NCBI GenBank assembly: GCA_963734545.1
Contig: CAVTHO010000008.1
Location: 128,001 to 192,000 of the forward strand
DNA from: an uncultured Spirochaetota bacterium
Lineage (GTDB): Bacteria; Spirochaetota; Spirochaetia; SZUA-6; Fen-1364
Length of the DNA stretch: 64,000 nt
Direction: 5' to 3'
Shown here: in pieces, positions 1-9,580 of the stretch
Position numbering within the stretch: the first letter of the stretch is position 1
Layout of the letters: the number at the start of each line of letters is the position of its first letter
The notes under the pieces: model-generated
What the model was told of the DNA's origin: nothing
Database searches by the model: none
What the model saw: the letters and a program-made list of their open reading frames with translations, nothing else
Program-made: the position numbers and the translations under genes

Positions 1-181
1 GCACGATGTTGGCGAACAACGGCAGCGCCGCCAGCATTCCGATGGCGCTGCCTCCGGCATTGAAGACCTTCAGCGCATACCCGACCAGAAACGCCCCACC
101 GGTGAGGGAGGTCCACATGGTGCCGAAAATCCCGTCCGCGATGGATCGCGAGAGCGCTGCTTTGCGGGTGATCTCGTCCAA
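1..181 (-). CDS. MFS transporter, N-terminal part (runs off window edge)
   Basis: Manual translation from TTG at 181: MDEITRKAALSRSIADGIFGTMWTSLTGGAFLVGYALKVFNAGGSAIGMLAALPLFANIV, a typical MFS TM1-TM2. Confidence 0.65.
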   Translation of the reverse strand, partial: MDEITRKAALSRSIADGIFGTMWTSLTGGAFLVGYALKVFNAGGSAIGMLAALPLFANIV

Positions 182-277
182 CTGGCTTCTACAGGCGTGC
201 CAGGTTCGCGCCCGACGCCGCGGGAGGCTTCCCCACGCCAATACGGTTACCCCTCATTCGTGGGCTCCCCTCTTTCC

Positions 278-1420
278 TTACGAGAGGAGCACTCTGCGGC
301 GGAAGGGACGGCTGTTCAACCCCGCGTCCGGGTCGGCGTTCGGATCGGCTCCATGCGCGTACGTCTTTGCCACGTACCGGGACGTCATTGCCCTGAGGAG
401 CGCGCTGTAGCCCATCCGGAACGTTACCTCGTCTCCCACCTGGAGCTCTGTGCCCGTGGCATCGAGAACGAGTTGGTCGCTGCTCGCCCCGACGATATCT
501 GCCGCTATTCCTGGCGTTAGCGCCTCAGGATCGATATCCTGCCGTCCAATGGACAGGATGGCCCTTCGACGATCTCCCCTGTTCTCGAACTTCGGACGGT
601 GACCGAACGCGTCCTGGCAGAGCTCGCCATTGGGTTGTGATGGCTTTGTCTTGATCTCCGTAGCCTCGGCAACCAGCGTGAAGGCGTCCGTATGCATGCC
701 GGGGATCGGCTCCCGAGTCAAGGTGTCGCACCCGAGAAGCATTGACTCGCCCATCCGGAGATGGTTGACACGGCCGGGCTCTTTTGTCGACCGGAGCCAC
801 TGGTAGTTTGCCGAGTTCCCGCCGGAGACGCACAGCAGCCTCACGCCGTGACGGCGCTCGAGGCGATCCGCAATCGAGGAAAGCTCACGCATTTTCTCCG
901 CGCTTGGCTTCACGCCGCTGAGACATGCGAGGTTGGCCCCGATGCCCGCAAGCTCGACGCCCTCGAGGCGGATCGTTTCGGAAACGACTTCGTCCATTTG
1001 CGAGGGTAGGATTCCCTCCCTCAAGTCTCCCAGCTCGACCATCAGGATGACGCGGTGGATGATCCCGCGACGCCGCGCGGCGCGCGCAAGCAGTCTCACG
1101 ACACTGACTTCCGTGTTCAGGCTGATGTCGGCCCATTCGACCGCGCTTTCAGCCTCGCTCGGCGCCGGCGGGCGTATCAGCATGTAATCAGCGTGGAGCC
1201 CGGTCTCCTTCATCAGCCGCAGGTTGGAGATTCGCGAATCTCCGAACGAGCGGATTCCGCAGGCGTGGAGAGCCGCCACGACCCGTGGAGATCCACAGAC
1301 CGCTTTCGTCACAGCGGTGAAGTGGATTCCGCGGGACCCGCAGAGCGCCGACAGCGCCAGCGCATTGTCAACCAGCTTGTCGATGCGGATCTCGATGCGC
1401 GGCGTCCGCTTTCCCGTCAT
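278..1420 (-). CDS. Alanine/ornithine racemase family PLP-dependent enzyme (Orr-like)
   Basis: AVTK PLP-lysine, GDSRISN, MVELGDLREG, SGGNS, GASSDQ motifs; 380 aa. Confidence 0.85.
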   Translation of the reverse strand: MTGKRTPRIEIRIDKLVDNALALSALCGSRGIHFTAVTKAVCGSPRVVAALHACGIRSFGDSRISNLRLMKETGLHADYMLIRPPAPSEAESAVEWADISLNTEVSVVRLLARAARRRGIIHRVILMVELGDLREGILPSQMDEVVSETIRLEGVELAGIGANLACLSGVKPSAEKMRELSSIADRLERRHGVRLLCVSGGNSANYQWLRSTKEPGRVNHLRMGESMLLGCDTLTREPIPGMHTDAFTLVAEATEIKTKPSQPNGELCQDAFGHRPKFENRGDRRRAILSIGRQDIDPEALTPGIAADIVGASSDQLVLDATGTELQVGDEVTFRMGYSALLRAMTSRYVAKTYAHGADPNADPDAGLNSRPFRRRVLLS

Positions 1421-1698
1421 GCACCGAGTCCCATTCTGCTGACAGCATCCTGAACGATCTCACTCAGCAGATCCCTTCCGCTCATTCCTTCAGCGCGCGC
1501 CATGAAACCGATGTAGCTGTGAGTGCACATCAGCCCTGCCAAAGCATTCGCCTCGAGCAGGAGAACGCGTGATCCATCCTCCGCGGCGGGAGGAGCCGGA
1601 GCATGATTCGCGGCCGGCCCCTGGACAGCAACAATCCCGCACACCTGCTCTGCTCTCTTCATGCAGCTCCCGTTGCAACTGCATCCTGATGATAGCAA
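1417..1698 (-). pseudogene. Fragment resembling the C-terminus of a D-Ala-D-Ala ligase-like ATP-grasp enzyme
   Basis: LLEANALAGL..HS...MARAEGMS..DLLSEIVQDAVSR matches the ATP-grasp C-terminal E-x-N-x-x-PG region; only 93 aa; strong RBS (GGAGGAGG); stop overlaps racemase start. Confidence 0.5.
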
Positions 1699-1821
1699 AG
1701 CCTCCTCCCCGTGCCGTCAGCCGGGCAATGAAAAGGATGTAGAATTTTTATGACGCACCGCTCGAACCTGATCGCCATTTGTAAATCACGCCGGTCCGTC
1801 CCGGCGCGGCGGACCCGCGGA

Positions 1822-1950
1822 CTATGCGCGCCGGTCCTGCCTACCGGCGGACCTTTCTTCCTTGCCGGTGTGGATATACACCTGGAATGCAACCATCGCC
1901 GCGAGAAAAAGGGCGACAATCACGATGACGAAAATGGTCGTTGCGTCCAT
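1822..1950 (-). CDS. Small single-pass membrane protein (42 aa)
   Basis: RBS GGAGGAAGG; MDATTIFVIVIVALFLAAMVAFQVYIHTGKEERSAGRQDRRA. Confidence 0.5.
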   Translation of the reverse strand: MDATTIFVIVIVALFLAAMVAFQVYIHTGKEERSAGRQDRRA

Positions 1951-2145
1951 GCCTTCCTCCGTTCCGAGAGTCAGCGCGCCATGCTGTGATGCGGCAGAAC
2001 GGGAGCACGCATGTAAGAAAAAAAGCCGCCACACAGCTTGCGCCGTATGGCGGCCCGACCATACACAATTCCTCCAGCCCCGGGAGGCGGCTGGACCCAC
2101 GTTCAGCGAGCCATTTGGCTCACCACAATAAATATACGCCGACGC

Positions 2146-2613
2146 CTACATTCTGTCAACATGAGACAGGATCCCATCGACACCACCGCCGCTCCAGACG
2201 CCCAGCTTCCTGCCCTTTGCATCGATCTGCACGTAGGTGTGCTGATACGTGATGCCATACCGGGTCTTGAGCTCCGTCTCCTTGTCGTAGTCGACAACCA
2301 CGACTGTGATATCCCCCAGCCGGGCTCCTTGTGCGTCCATGTCCTTCAGGTCCGCCCGGCAGATCGGGCACCAGTCCGCCGAGAACATGAGGACAGTCGG
2401 CCCCTTGGCAGCCAGCGCCTGCGCCTCGTTCAGCGTGGTAAAGAGCACTTTCCGTCCGCTCATCATCGAGTCGGCACTCCCTGCGGCCGGCGCCCTCATC
2501 ATTGCATCCACGCCCCCTTGACCTGGCGCGCTCATCATCTTGTCCTGCGCGAACACGTTTGCAGAGAAGGCGAGCGCGACCGCCATCATTGCCAAAAATG
2601 CTTTTCTGTTCAT
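2146..2613 (-). CDS. Secreted thioredoxin-fold protein with Met-rich linker
   Basis: Signal peptide, DKMM/DAMM/DSMM repeats, FSADWCPIC, YGITYQHT. Confidence 0.8.
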   Translation of the reverse strand: MNRKAFLAMMAVALAFSANVFAQDKMMSAPGQGGVDAMMRAPAAGSADSMMSGRKVLFTTLNEAQALAAKGPTVLMFSADWCPICRADLKDMDAQGARLGDITVVVVDYDKETELKTRYGITYQHTYVQIDAKGRKLGVWSGGGVDGILSHVDRM

Positions 2614-2619
2614 GTACCC

Positions 2620-2656
2620 AAGATACGAAGGGAAGGTCTCGAAACCTTCACGAAAG
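2620..2656 (-). promoter_or_regulatory. OmpR/PhoB-like direct-repeat box plus -10 (copy 1)
   Basis: Minus strand CTTTCGTGAAGGTTTCGAGACCTTCCCTTCGTATCTT; 27/37 identical, ungapped, to 23995-24031. Confidence 0.5.
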
Positions 2657-2718
2657 TGTCACATCTTAGGCTTGCATCGGCGCACGGTGCAGGCAACAGC
2701 CTCGGCTATCAGCCCGGG

Positions 2719-2862
2719 ATGAAGACGACCGTCGAACTGCCGGATGAGCTGCTCATTCGTGCCAAGAAACGTGCCGCCGAAGCGCGCACTCCTCTTCGAT
2801 TGTTGATCGAGCGTGGGCTCCGTCGTTCCTCCCTGCTCAGTTGGATCCGGTCCCAGCCGTGA
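2719..2862 (+). CDS. vapB: VapB-like RHH antitoxin (short, possibly truncated)
   Basis: MKTTVELPDELLIRAKKRAA...LRLLIERGLRR; GTGA overlap with downstream PIN gene. Confidence 0.6.
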   Translation: MKTTVELPDELLIRAKKRAAEARTPLRLLIERGLRRSSLLSWIRSQP

Positions 2863-3054
2863 TCGCCGTCGACACCAACCTTCTCGTTTATGCGCACAGG
2901 GCCGGGTGCCCCGAGCATGGTCGCCGGGGTGGTGATCCTTCCTCCGCCCCCCGCCCTCGTGCCTCGGTGCCTGCAGCTGGCGGATCAGCTCGATGTGCGC
3001 GGGCCTCGCATCTTCGATCTGCAGGTCGGCCTCGCGGCCTCGAGGCTGGTGTGA
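2859..3054 (+). pseudogene. vapC: VapC PIN toxin, internally deleted and frameshifted
   Basis: N-terminus MIAVDTNLLVYAHR..CPEH; C-terminal piece LADQLDVRGPRIFDLQVGLAA in another frame; about half normal length. Confidence 0.65.
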
Positions 3055-3056
3055 AG

Positions 3057-3683
3057 TCAGGCTTTCCGGGTGGAGTATGCCTCGAGATTCAGAATCGTGC
3101 ACTCCGATGAGAATCCCGCGGGCGGAACGCCCAGGGATTGGATCAGCCTTGCCCAGAAATTGACCTGGGCACAGGTGCTCGCAATGATCACGATCCCTCG
3201 TTCCGTGAAATGTTCTTTCAGCTCTTCCATGACCTGCGCGGGAAATGAGAGCGGCGTGGCGCACATGCACTGAACGTAGCGCAGGGCAGCCTTCTCCTTT
3301 TCTGTCAAAGTGGCCACCCGGTCCAGTGGAACCCTGCCCTGCAAGGCGATGATTTCATCTTCCCTCAATCCTTTCGCCTCGAAATCTCTCGAGTTCAGAT
3401 CGATACAGAACGGACACGAGACGAGAAAAGAGGTGTATACCCGGATAAGGCTCAGGAGACGCCGGGGCGCTTCAGGCTCATCGTGCGCAATCAGACCCTC
3501 CATGATGCCCGACCCGATGAGCGCCTTGGGGTACCATGCCAGGATCCGATTGGCGAGGAGTCGCTTGCCGAGTCGCTTTTCGACCAGGAAAAGCGCCATG
3601 CGCGAGAGGAGCGGAATCTTCCGGGGAGGCTGGACGTAGCTCGTGTCCGGACCGAAGACCGGCGTATGATCGACTCTGGTCAC
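3057..3683 (-). CDS. Carboxymuconolactone decarboxylase/AhpD family protein
   Basis: SFLVSCPFCIDLN CxxC motif; EKEKAALRY. Confidence 0.8.
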   Translation of the reverse strand: MTRVDHTPVFGPDTSYVQPPRKIPLLSRMALFLVEKRLGKRLLANRILAWYPKALIGSGIMEGLIAHDEPEAPRRLLSLIRVYTSFLVSCPFCIDLNSRDFEAKGLREDEIIALQGRVPLDRVATLTEKEKAALRYVQCMCATPLSFPAQVMEELKEHFTERGIVIIASTCAQVNFWARLIQSLGVPPAGFSSECTILNLEAYSTRKA

Positions 3684-4453
3684 CTGGGTTCTCCGCTTTG
3701 CCTGCCGCTGAAAATGCCGAGCAGGGCTCCATTCAGCAGGTAGAGACGAGATGCAATGGAGATGAGATTGGCGAACTGACCGTGGGGATCCACCTGCCGC
3801 AGCAGCTGGAAATGGTCGAGGATGTCTTCCGGGATAAAAAGCATCAGCCCGAGCCCTATAAACATGTAGGGGCCGCTCCCGCTCGTCAGCCCGATCACCA
3901 GGACGAGCAGACCAATGGGCTCTGCAAGGAGAGTATCAAGGACCGGTTTCGACAGCCGAAGGAGATGTTTCGTCGTCGCATGCAGCCGGGGTCCTTCGTA
4001 CAGAAGGAGCCAGGGAAGAAAGACGATTGCGAACACCGCGAGGAGCACGACAATCCCCGCGACGGCGTAGAGAGTGCGCTGGCGCCGGGAGAGGATAAGC
4101 AGCCGCAGGGGGGAGGCGATATACAGGGAGAAGAAAAGAAGCGGGAAGAAGGAGGCTGTCGAAAAGAGCTCCTCAGCCCAGGACTCGCTCCCCGAAAGAA
4201 AAGGATCGATGAGGGCCCCGAGGGAAAGAACGGCAAGGCCGCAGAAAAGGAAGAGCCACGCGCTCATCAGCACGGGGTTGTCCTTCCTTCTGTACGCGGC
4301 CGCGAGAACCGCTGTCAACACGAGCAGGGACAATACCGCGGTGAACACAATGGAGCTCGACATGGTGTTCACGAGCTCGACAGGGAGGACCGCATCGAGC
4401 ACAAAAAGTCCGGCCGCGACGACAACCGGATAGATCAGGAGAACTATCACCAT
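3680..4453 (-). CDS. Polytopic membrane protein of unknown function (about 7 TM)
   Basis: Repeated hydrophobic segments; overlaps both neighbours. Confidence 0.65.
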   Translation of the reverse strand: MVIVLLIYPVVVAAGLFVLDAVLPVELVNTMSSSIVFTAVLSLLVLTAVLAAAYRRKDNPVLMSAWLFLFCGLAVLSLGALIDPFLSGSESWAEELFSTASFFPLLFFSLYIASPLRLLILSRRQRTLYAVAGIVVLLAVFAIVFLPWLLLYEGPRLHATTKHLLRLSKPVLDTLLAEPIGLLVLVIGLTSGSGPYMFIGLGLMLFIPEDILDHFQLLRQVDPHGQFANLISIASRLYLLNGALLGIFSGRQSGEPR

Positions 4454-5181
4454 TTTCGCCTTTTCTCCTCGGGGCCCAGCGCCCTCGCCTGACGCTCCTT
4501 CAGCGCGCGGAGCAGCCTCGGCGCGCCGTCGAAGATCCGGGAGAACCGTATGCCCGCTGCGTTCTTTTCCCGGTAGACGACGTCAACCGCTGCCTCGAGC
4601 TGCACGTCTCCCCACAGGATGTCGGCCGATGGAACAAATCTGCCGGGGTCGAGAATCGAGCCGACAGGGGCAGCTTCCGTATCGATGGCCGCGCCCCCTT
4701 CGCCGATGTTCTTCAAGGGGAACACATCACCGCCCTCGGAGTCCGGGAGCCGGAGCACCGCGTTCATGGTCGCGGGTATGGCGAATCTCGGCGACGCCCG
4801 CCGCGCCCGGACATTCATCTTTCGCAAAGCGAGATCCAGGAGCCTCGCCGCATGCTCCTCCATGCGGAACGGCTTCACGACGACCCCCGCCACACGGAGC
4901 GCCATGGCGTCGTGCGCGTCATCGAAGCTGAACCGGCTCGTCACCAGGACGAGCCCCGCGGCTCCTTGTTTCGCGCCCAGGCTCCCTGCGAGCAGTCGCC
5001 ACTCCCGCGCCATCCCGTCCACGTCCATGACGATGAGTGAAGGCGCGGTGAGATCGAGATTGGCGACAACCTCTGCAAGATCAGCGGACTCGAATACCTC
5101 GAAATCCAGGGCGCCCAGGGATTGGGCGATCGGCTGCCGGACGAGGAGTATCTTTCCCAGAATAACGACCCTGAGGGACAC
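4447..5181 (-). CDS. Atypical receiver domain plus PilZ domain protein
   Basis: REC-like LIVMDVD...VTS...VVKPF; PilZ RRASPR and NIGEGG. Confidence 0.7.
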   Translation of the reverse strand: MSLRVVILGKILLVRQPIAQSLGALDFEVFESADLAEVVANLDLTAPSLIVMDVDGMAREWRLLAGSLGAKQGAAGLVLVTSRFSFDDAHDAMALRVAGVVVKPFRMEEHAARLLDLALRKMNVRARRASPRFAIPATMNAVLRLPDSEGGDVFPLKNIGEGGAAIDTEAAPVGSILDPGRFVPSADILWGDVQLEAAVDVVYREKNAAGIRFSRIFDGAPRLLRALKERQARALGPEEKRRKW

Positions 5182-5309
5182 GACGCGTCGATTCTATCAA
5201 CAACACCGTCTTTCCGCCATCGAGCTTGTGCGCGTCAGCCGCGCGGCCTGTTTGCCCGTCTTCACGACGTACTCTCCTGCCACGATCCGGCCGTGCTTTC
5301 GCACTGCCG

Positions 5310-5338
5310 TTGACCAGGACTGCCGGCGTCGCTACGTT
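5310..5338 (+). promoter_or_regulatory. Sigma70-like promoter for the DUF302/ATPase genes
   Basis: TTGACC-N17-TACGTT. Confidence 0.5.
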
Positions 5339-5378
5339 GAAGGGTGAAGCGCGGCGAAGCCGCGCAGGGAGAGGAAAA

Positions 5379-5765
5379 ATGGTCTATTACATGAGTAAGA
5401 AGATCGGCGTCTCGTTTCAGGTTGCCCTGGATCGCGTCAAAGAAGAGCTCAAGAATGAAGGTTTCGGGGTGCTCACGGAGATCGACGTCCGTGACACTCT
5501 GAAAAAGAAACTCGACGTTGAGTTCCGCAACTACCGAATACTCGGCGCCTGCAACCCTCCTTTCGCGCATAAGGCCCTCCAGACGGAGGGGAAGATCGGG
5601 CTCCTGCTCCCCTGCAACGTGATCGTCCAGGAGGAGAGCGACGGCACGGTGGAGGTGGCGGCGATCGACCCGGCGGCCTCCATGCAGACCGTGGGGAACC
5701 CTGCGTTGTCCGACATCGCGGGGCAGGTCCGCGAGAAGCTGCAGAAGGTCATTGCGCGGCTCTGA
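5379..5765 (+). CDS. DUF302 domain protein
   Basis: GFGVLTEID, YRILGACNP, IGLLLPCNV; RBS GAGGA. Confidence 0.9.
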   Translation: MVYYMSKKIGVSFQVALDRVKEELKNEGFGVLTEIDVRDTLKKKLDVEFRNYRILGACNPPFAHKALQTEGKIGLLLPCNVIVQEESDGTVEVAAIDPAASMQTVGNPALSDIAGQVREKLQKVIARL

Positions 5766-5766
5766 A

Positions 5767-8220
5767 ATGAAAGAAAGCCCTTCAGCAGAGCCCGGATCAG
5801 TCGGGCCCGCTGCAAAAAAAACCACCGAATACAAAGCGATGCCCATTGAAGATGCCTTTCGAGAGCTGGGCTCGGGTCCTGAGGGCCTCGGCGAGCCCGA
5901 AGTCGAGAAGAGGCTGAAGATATACGGCCGGAATGAGATAACCGCCAGAAAGAAAAGCCCGGTCCTCGAGTTTCTATCACGGTTCTGGGGACCGATGCCA
6001 TGGCTCCTGGAGCTGGCCATCGCACTGTCCGTTTTCCTGGGACACGATCTGGAAGCAGTCATCATCGCCATCCTGATCGTGACGAACGCGATAATCGGCT
6101 ACCTTCATTCCCGAAGCTCCCAGAGATCCCTCGAGCTCCTCAAGGAAAGGTTGGCTGTCGGTGCTGTCGTGCGCCGCGGGAGCAAGTGGGTGGCCACGCA
6201 CGCATCAGAGATCGTGCCGGGAGATGTCGCCGTGGTCCAGGTGGGCGATATCGTTCCGGCGGATGCCAAGGTCCTGCGCGGCGCCCTGTCCGTGGATCAA
6301 TCCGCGCTGACGGGTGAATCGCTTCCCGTGGAGGTCGGCCCGTCGGACGTCCTCTACTCGAGCTCGGTCGTGAAACGCGGCGAGGCCCAATGCCTGGTGG
6401 TCAACACGGGGAGCAGGACATATTTCGGCAGGACCGCGGAGCTTGTGCAGATCGCGCGGCCGAGGTCCCACCAGGAACAGATCATGCTGTCCATCGTGAG
6501 GTACATGATGTACCTTGGAATCGCTGCGCTTGCGGCCGTTGCCGTGGGCGCCCTGCTTTTAAAGATCGGAATACTGACGGTCGCTACCTTTGCGGTGATT
6601 TTCCTGATGGGCGCCGTGCCGGTCGCACTGCCTGCTGTTCTCACCATCGTACAGGCGGTGGGGGCGATGGAGTTGGTGAGAAAAGGGGTGCTGGTCACCC
6701 GGCTCGACTCCATGGAAGACGCGGCATCTCTTGATATCCTTTGCCTGGACAAGACCGGCACCCTCACAATGAATCAGCTCTCAGTGACCGAGGTTATTCC
6801 GTACGCGGGGCACGAGGGAGACGATGTTCTTGCAATCGCGGCCCTTACCGCACGGCAGGAGAGCCAGGACGGCATCGACAGGGCGGTTCACGACCGTGCC
6901 GGGGCTGCCGGCATCACCAACGCGAACTACCGCCAGATTTCAGTCACGCCATTCGAGGCCGCCACCAAGCGATCCGAAGCGGTCATCCAGGAGGGGACAA
7001 ATCGTTTCCGCGCGGTGAAAGGCGCTCCCCAGGTGGTGCTCTCCCTCTCCCGGCTCACGGACAGCGCTGTTGTGAAGGCGGCCGGCGAGATGGTGGAAGC
7101 GCTGTCCCGCAAGGGGTCCCGGACCCTGGCGGTGGCGAGATCCCGATCAGCGGACGGGGATGACTTCGAGCTGGTGGGACTGCTGGCCCTGGCTGATCCA
7201 CCCCGCCCCGATGCAAAACAGATGATAGCGGAGGCCAGGGGTCTCGGCGTAAAGCCCATCATGGTCACCGGCGACAACATCGCCATTGCCCGGCAGATGG
7301 CACTTGAGTTGGGTATCGGCAACAACGTCATGCGCATGGGGGATCTCACGGGCTCCGGCGAGACCGAACAGATGCAGATTGTCCAGGGATGCGACGTGCT
7401 GGCGGAAGTCTACCCGGAGGACAAGTACAGGATCGTGAGGCTCCTGCAGGCGCACGGACACACGTCGGGCATGACAGGTGACGGCGTCAATGACGCCCCT
7501 GCGCTGAAGCAGGCTGAGGTCGGCATCGCGGTTAAAGGCGCCACCAACGTGGCCAAGGCATCAGCGAGCATGGTTCTCACCGAGCCGGGCATCAGGGTCA
7601 TCATCGACGCGCTGAAGTCGAGCAGGCAGATCTATCAGCGGATGCTCACGTGGGTCCTCAACAAGGTCACCAAGACGATCCAGCTCGTCGGCATCCTGAC
7701 CCTGGGCTTTTTCTGGCTGCACGATCTTGTGGTCTCCCTCCTCGGCATGGCACTCCTGGTGTTCGCCAACGACTTTGTGACCATGACACTCTCCACGGAC
7801 AACGTGAAGTACACCAGAAATCCCAATAACTGGAACGTGAGGAACGTCACCCTGGCCTCCGCGGGGATCGGGGTTTTCTTCATCCTGGAAGGCTGGCTCA
7901 CCATCCTGGTGGGCCGGAATCTCTTCCATCTGACAGATGAGGGATTGCGCAGCTTTGTTCTGTTGATGCTTGTTTTCACCAGTCAGTTCCGAATCTATCT
8001 CGTGCGCGAAAGGGGCCGCTTCTGGGATTCACGGCCGGGCCGGGGAATCCTCATCTCCTCGGCGGCTGCCATTGTCGTCTTTTCCCTTCTGGGCATATTT
8101 GGGGGAATCATCCAGGGACTCGGCGTCTTCCCGGTGGCGTTCCTGGTGGGATTCTCCGGGCTTTTCACCCTCATGGTGGACCTGCCCAAGTACCATATTT
8201 TCAGGAAGCTCGGGCTCTGA
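5767..8220 (+). CDS. P3A-type plasma-membrane H+-transporting ATPase
   Basis: TGES, DKTGT, KGAP, TGDGVNDAPALK; FWGPMPW, VPVALP and TM6 ANDF typical of the Pma1/AHA family. Confidence 0.9.
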   Translation: MKESPSAEPGSVGPAAKKTTEYKAMPIEDAFRELGSGPEGLGEPEVEKRLKIYGRNEITARKKSPVLEFLSRFWGPMPWLLELAIALSVFLGHDLEAVIIAILIVTNAIIGYLHSRSSQRSLELLKERLAVGAVVRRGSKWVATHASEIVPGDVAVVQVGDIVPADAKVLRGALSVDQSALTGESLPVEVGPSDVLYSSSVVKRGEAQCLVVNTGSRTYFGRTAELVQIARPRSHQEQIMLSIVRYMMYLGIAALAAVAVGALLLKIGILTVATFAVIFLMGAVPVALPAVLTIVQAVGAMELVRKGVLVTRLDSMEDAASLDILCLDKTGTLTMNQLSVTEVIPYAGHEGDDVLAIAALTARQESQDGIDRAVHDRAGAAGITNANYRQISVTPFEAATKRSEAVIQEGTNRFRAVKGAPQVVLSLSRLTDSAVVKAAGEMVEALSRKGSRTLAVARSRSADGDDFELVGLLALADPPRPDAKQMIAEARGLGVKPIMVTGDNIAIARQMALELGIGNNVMRMGDLTGSGETEQMQIVQGCDVLAEVYPEDKYRIVRLLQAHGHTSGMTGDGVNDAPALKQAEVGIAVKGATNVAKASASMVLTEPGIRVIIDALKSSRQIYQRMLTWVLNKVTKTIQLVGILTLGFFWLHDLVVSLLGMALLVFANDFVTMTLSTDNVKYTRNPNNWNVRNVTLASAGIGVFFILEGWLTILVGRNLFHLTDEGLRSFVLLMLVFTSQFRIYLVRERGRFWDSRPGRGILISSAAAIVVFSLLGIFGGIIQGLGVFPVAFLVGFSGLFTLMVDLPKYHIFRKLGL

Positions 8221-8254
8221 ATCAATGAACGATAGACCGTAGCCCCGCACGCGG

Positions 8255-8297
8255 TGTGACAAAAGTCACTGATGATTCCGCAGCTTTCCGCTATGCT
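8255..8297 (+). promoter_or_regulatory. Crp/Fnr-like palindromic box plus -10 (copy 1)
   Basis: TGTGACAAAAGTCACTGAT-N18-TATGCT. Confidence 0.65.
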
Positions 8298-8303
8298 GTC
8301 ACG

Positions 8304-8834
8304 ATGCGCGCATTCAGACGCAGGACATACCGAGGGCCGGCTGATTTCCTGGAAGACATCCGGTATCTGATCGGCAACCGTTCACTTGTGAAAAGGGCCA
8401 TGCGGAGCGGCGAGATAAGCTTCGGCTTCAGGGAGCGGCTGATGATGGTCGTGACCGAGGTAAATGGGTGCCGGTATTGCAGTTACTACCACTCTGCGCA
8501 ATCGATCAAAGCGGGCCTGTCCGACAATGAACTGCGCGCCCTGCTCGCGGGGCAGATACCGGAAGACTCCCCCGCGGAAGAAATACCTGCCCTGGTGTAT
8601 GCGCAGCACTGGGCCCAGACCAACGCGAAACCTGATTTCGAAGCAGTACACGGCCTGATCGAGACCTACCTCGATGAAAAGGCAGCCCTGATCCATGCCA
8701 TTTTGCGAATGATCCGGGTGGGGAATTTGACGGGCAATACCTGGGACTGTTTCCTCAACCGGATATCCTTTGGCCGGCTCGGTCTGACGGCGAAAGACCG
8801 GCAGGCATCCGAGCGCCTCCGTTCACCAGTGTGA
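8304..8834 (+). CDS. AhpD/CMD family alkylhydroperoxidase-like protein
   Basis: RERLMMVVTEVNGCRYCSYYH motif. Confidence 0.85.
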   Translation: MRAFRRRTYRGPADFLEDIRYLIGNRSLVKRAMRSGEISFGFRERLMMVVTEVNGCRYCSYYHSAQSIKAGLSDNELRALLAGQIPEDSPAEEIPALVYAQHWAQTNAKPDFEAVHGLIETYLDEKAALIHAILRMIRVGNLTGNTWDCFLNRISFGRLGLTAKDRQASERLRSPV

Positions 8835-8872
8835 CGAAAGTCACTGATCGTTTCGTTTCCGTCGCGTATGTT
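8830..8872 (+). promoter_or_regulatory. Crp/Fnr-like palindromic box plus -10 (copy 2)
   Basis: TGTGACGAAAGTCACTGAT-N18-TATGTT. Confidence 0.65.
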
Positions 8873-8904
8873 ATCAGCTTGAAGCAATCGACGAGGAGGA
8901 GCAT

Positions 8905-9573
8905 ATGGCTTTTATCAAAGACAAGGATGCGAAAGTTGTCCGGGAAAGGCTCGCGAAGCTGCCGGGTCCCGTCACGCTCGCAGTTTTCACGCAGGAGTTC
9001 GAATGCGAGTATTGCCGCCAGACCCGTGAGCTGGCGGAAGAAATCGCCGGATTGTCCGAGGGCAAGGTCACGACCGAAGTCTACGACCTGGTCGGAGACA
9101 AGACCAGGGCTGATCAGATGGGAATCACCCAGATACCCGCCATTGCCGTGCTCGGCGGCAAAGGGGAAGACCACGGGATCAGGTTCTTCGGCATCCCCGC
9201 GGGATACGAGTTCGCTTCTCTCCTTGAATCCCTGGAAATGGTGGCAAAGGGAGATTCGGGGCTCGCCCCCGCGACGCGGGAGAAGCTCAAATTGCTGTCA
9301 TCGCCCATGAACCTGCAGGTATTTGTCACTCCCACGTGCCCCTACTGCCCGCGGGCGGTGCTCACCGCGTTCCGCTTCGCCATGGAATCGAGGAATGTGC
9401 GCGCTTCCATGGTCGAGGCATCGGAGTTCCCTCATCTTGCGAACAAGTACCAGGTTTCCGGTGTTCCGCACACCGTCATTGGGGACAGCCCCCAACCGAT
9501 GATCGGTGCCTACCCCGAGGCAGCGGCGGCGGACATGCTCGTCGCAGCCGCGCAGGGCATGAAGGAGATATAG
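8905..9573 (+). CDS. Protein disulfide oxidoreductase (two thioredoxin folds; PDO/AhpF N-terminal-like)
   Basis: CEYC and TPTCPYCP; GIPAGYEF; VSGVP. Confidence 0.9.
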   Translation: MAFIKDKDAKVVRERLAKLPGPVTLAVFTQEFECEYCRQTRELAEEIAGLSEGKVTTEVYDLVGDKTRADQMGITQIPAIAVLGGKGEDHGIRFFGIPAGYEFASLLESLEMVAKGDSGLAPATREKLKLLSSPMNLQVFVTPTCPYCPRAVLTAFRFAMESRNVRASMVEASEFPHLANKYQVSGVPHTVIGDSPQPMIGAYPEAAAADMLVAAAQGMKEI

Positions 9574-9580
9574 GGCCATT

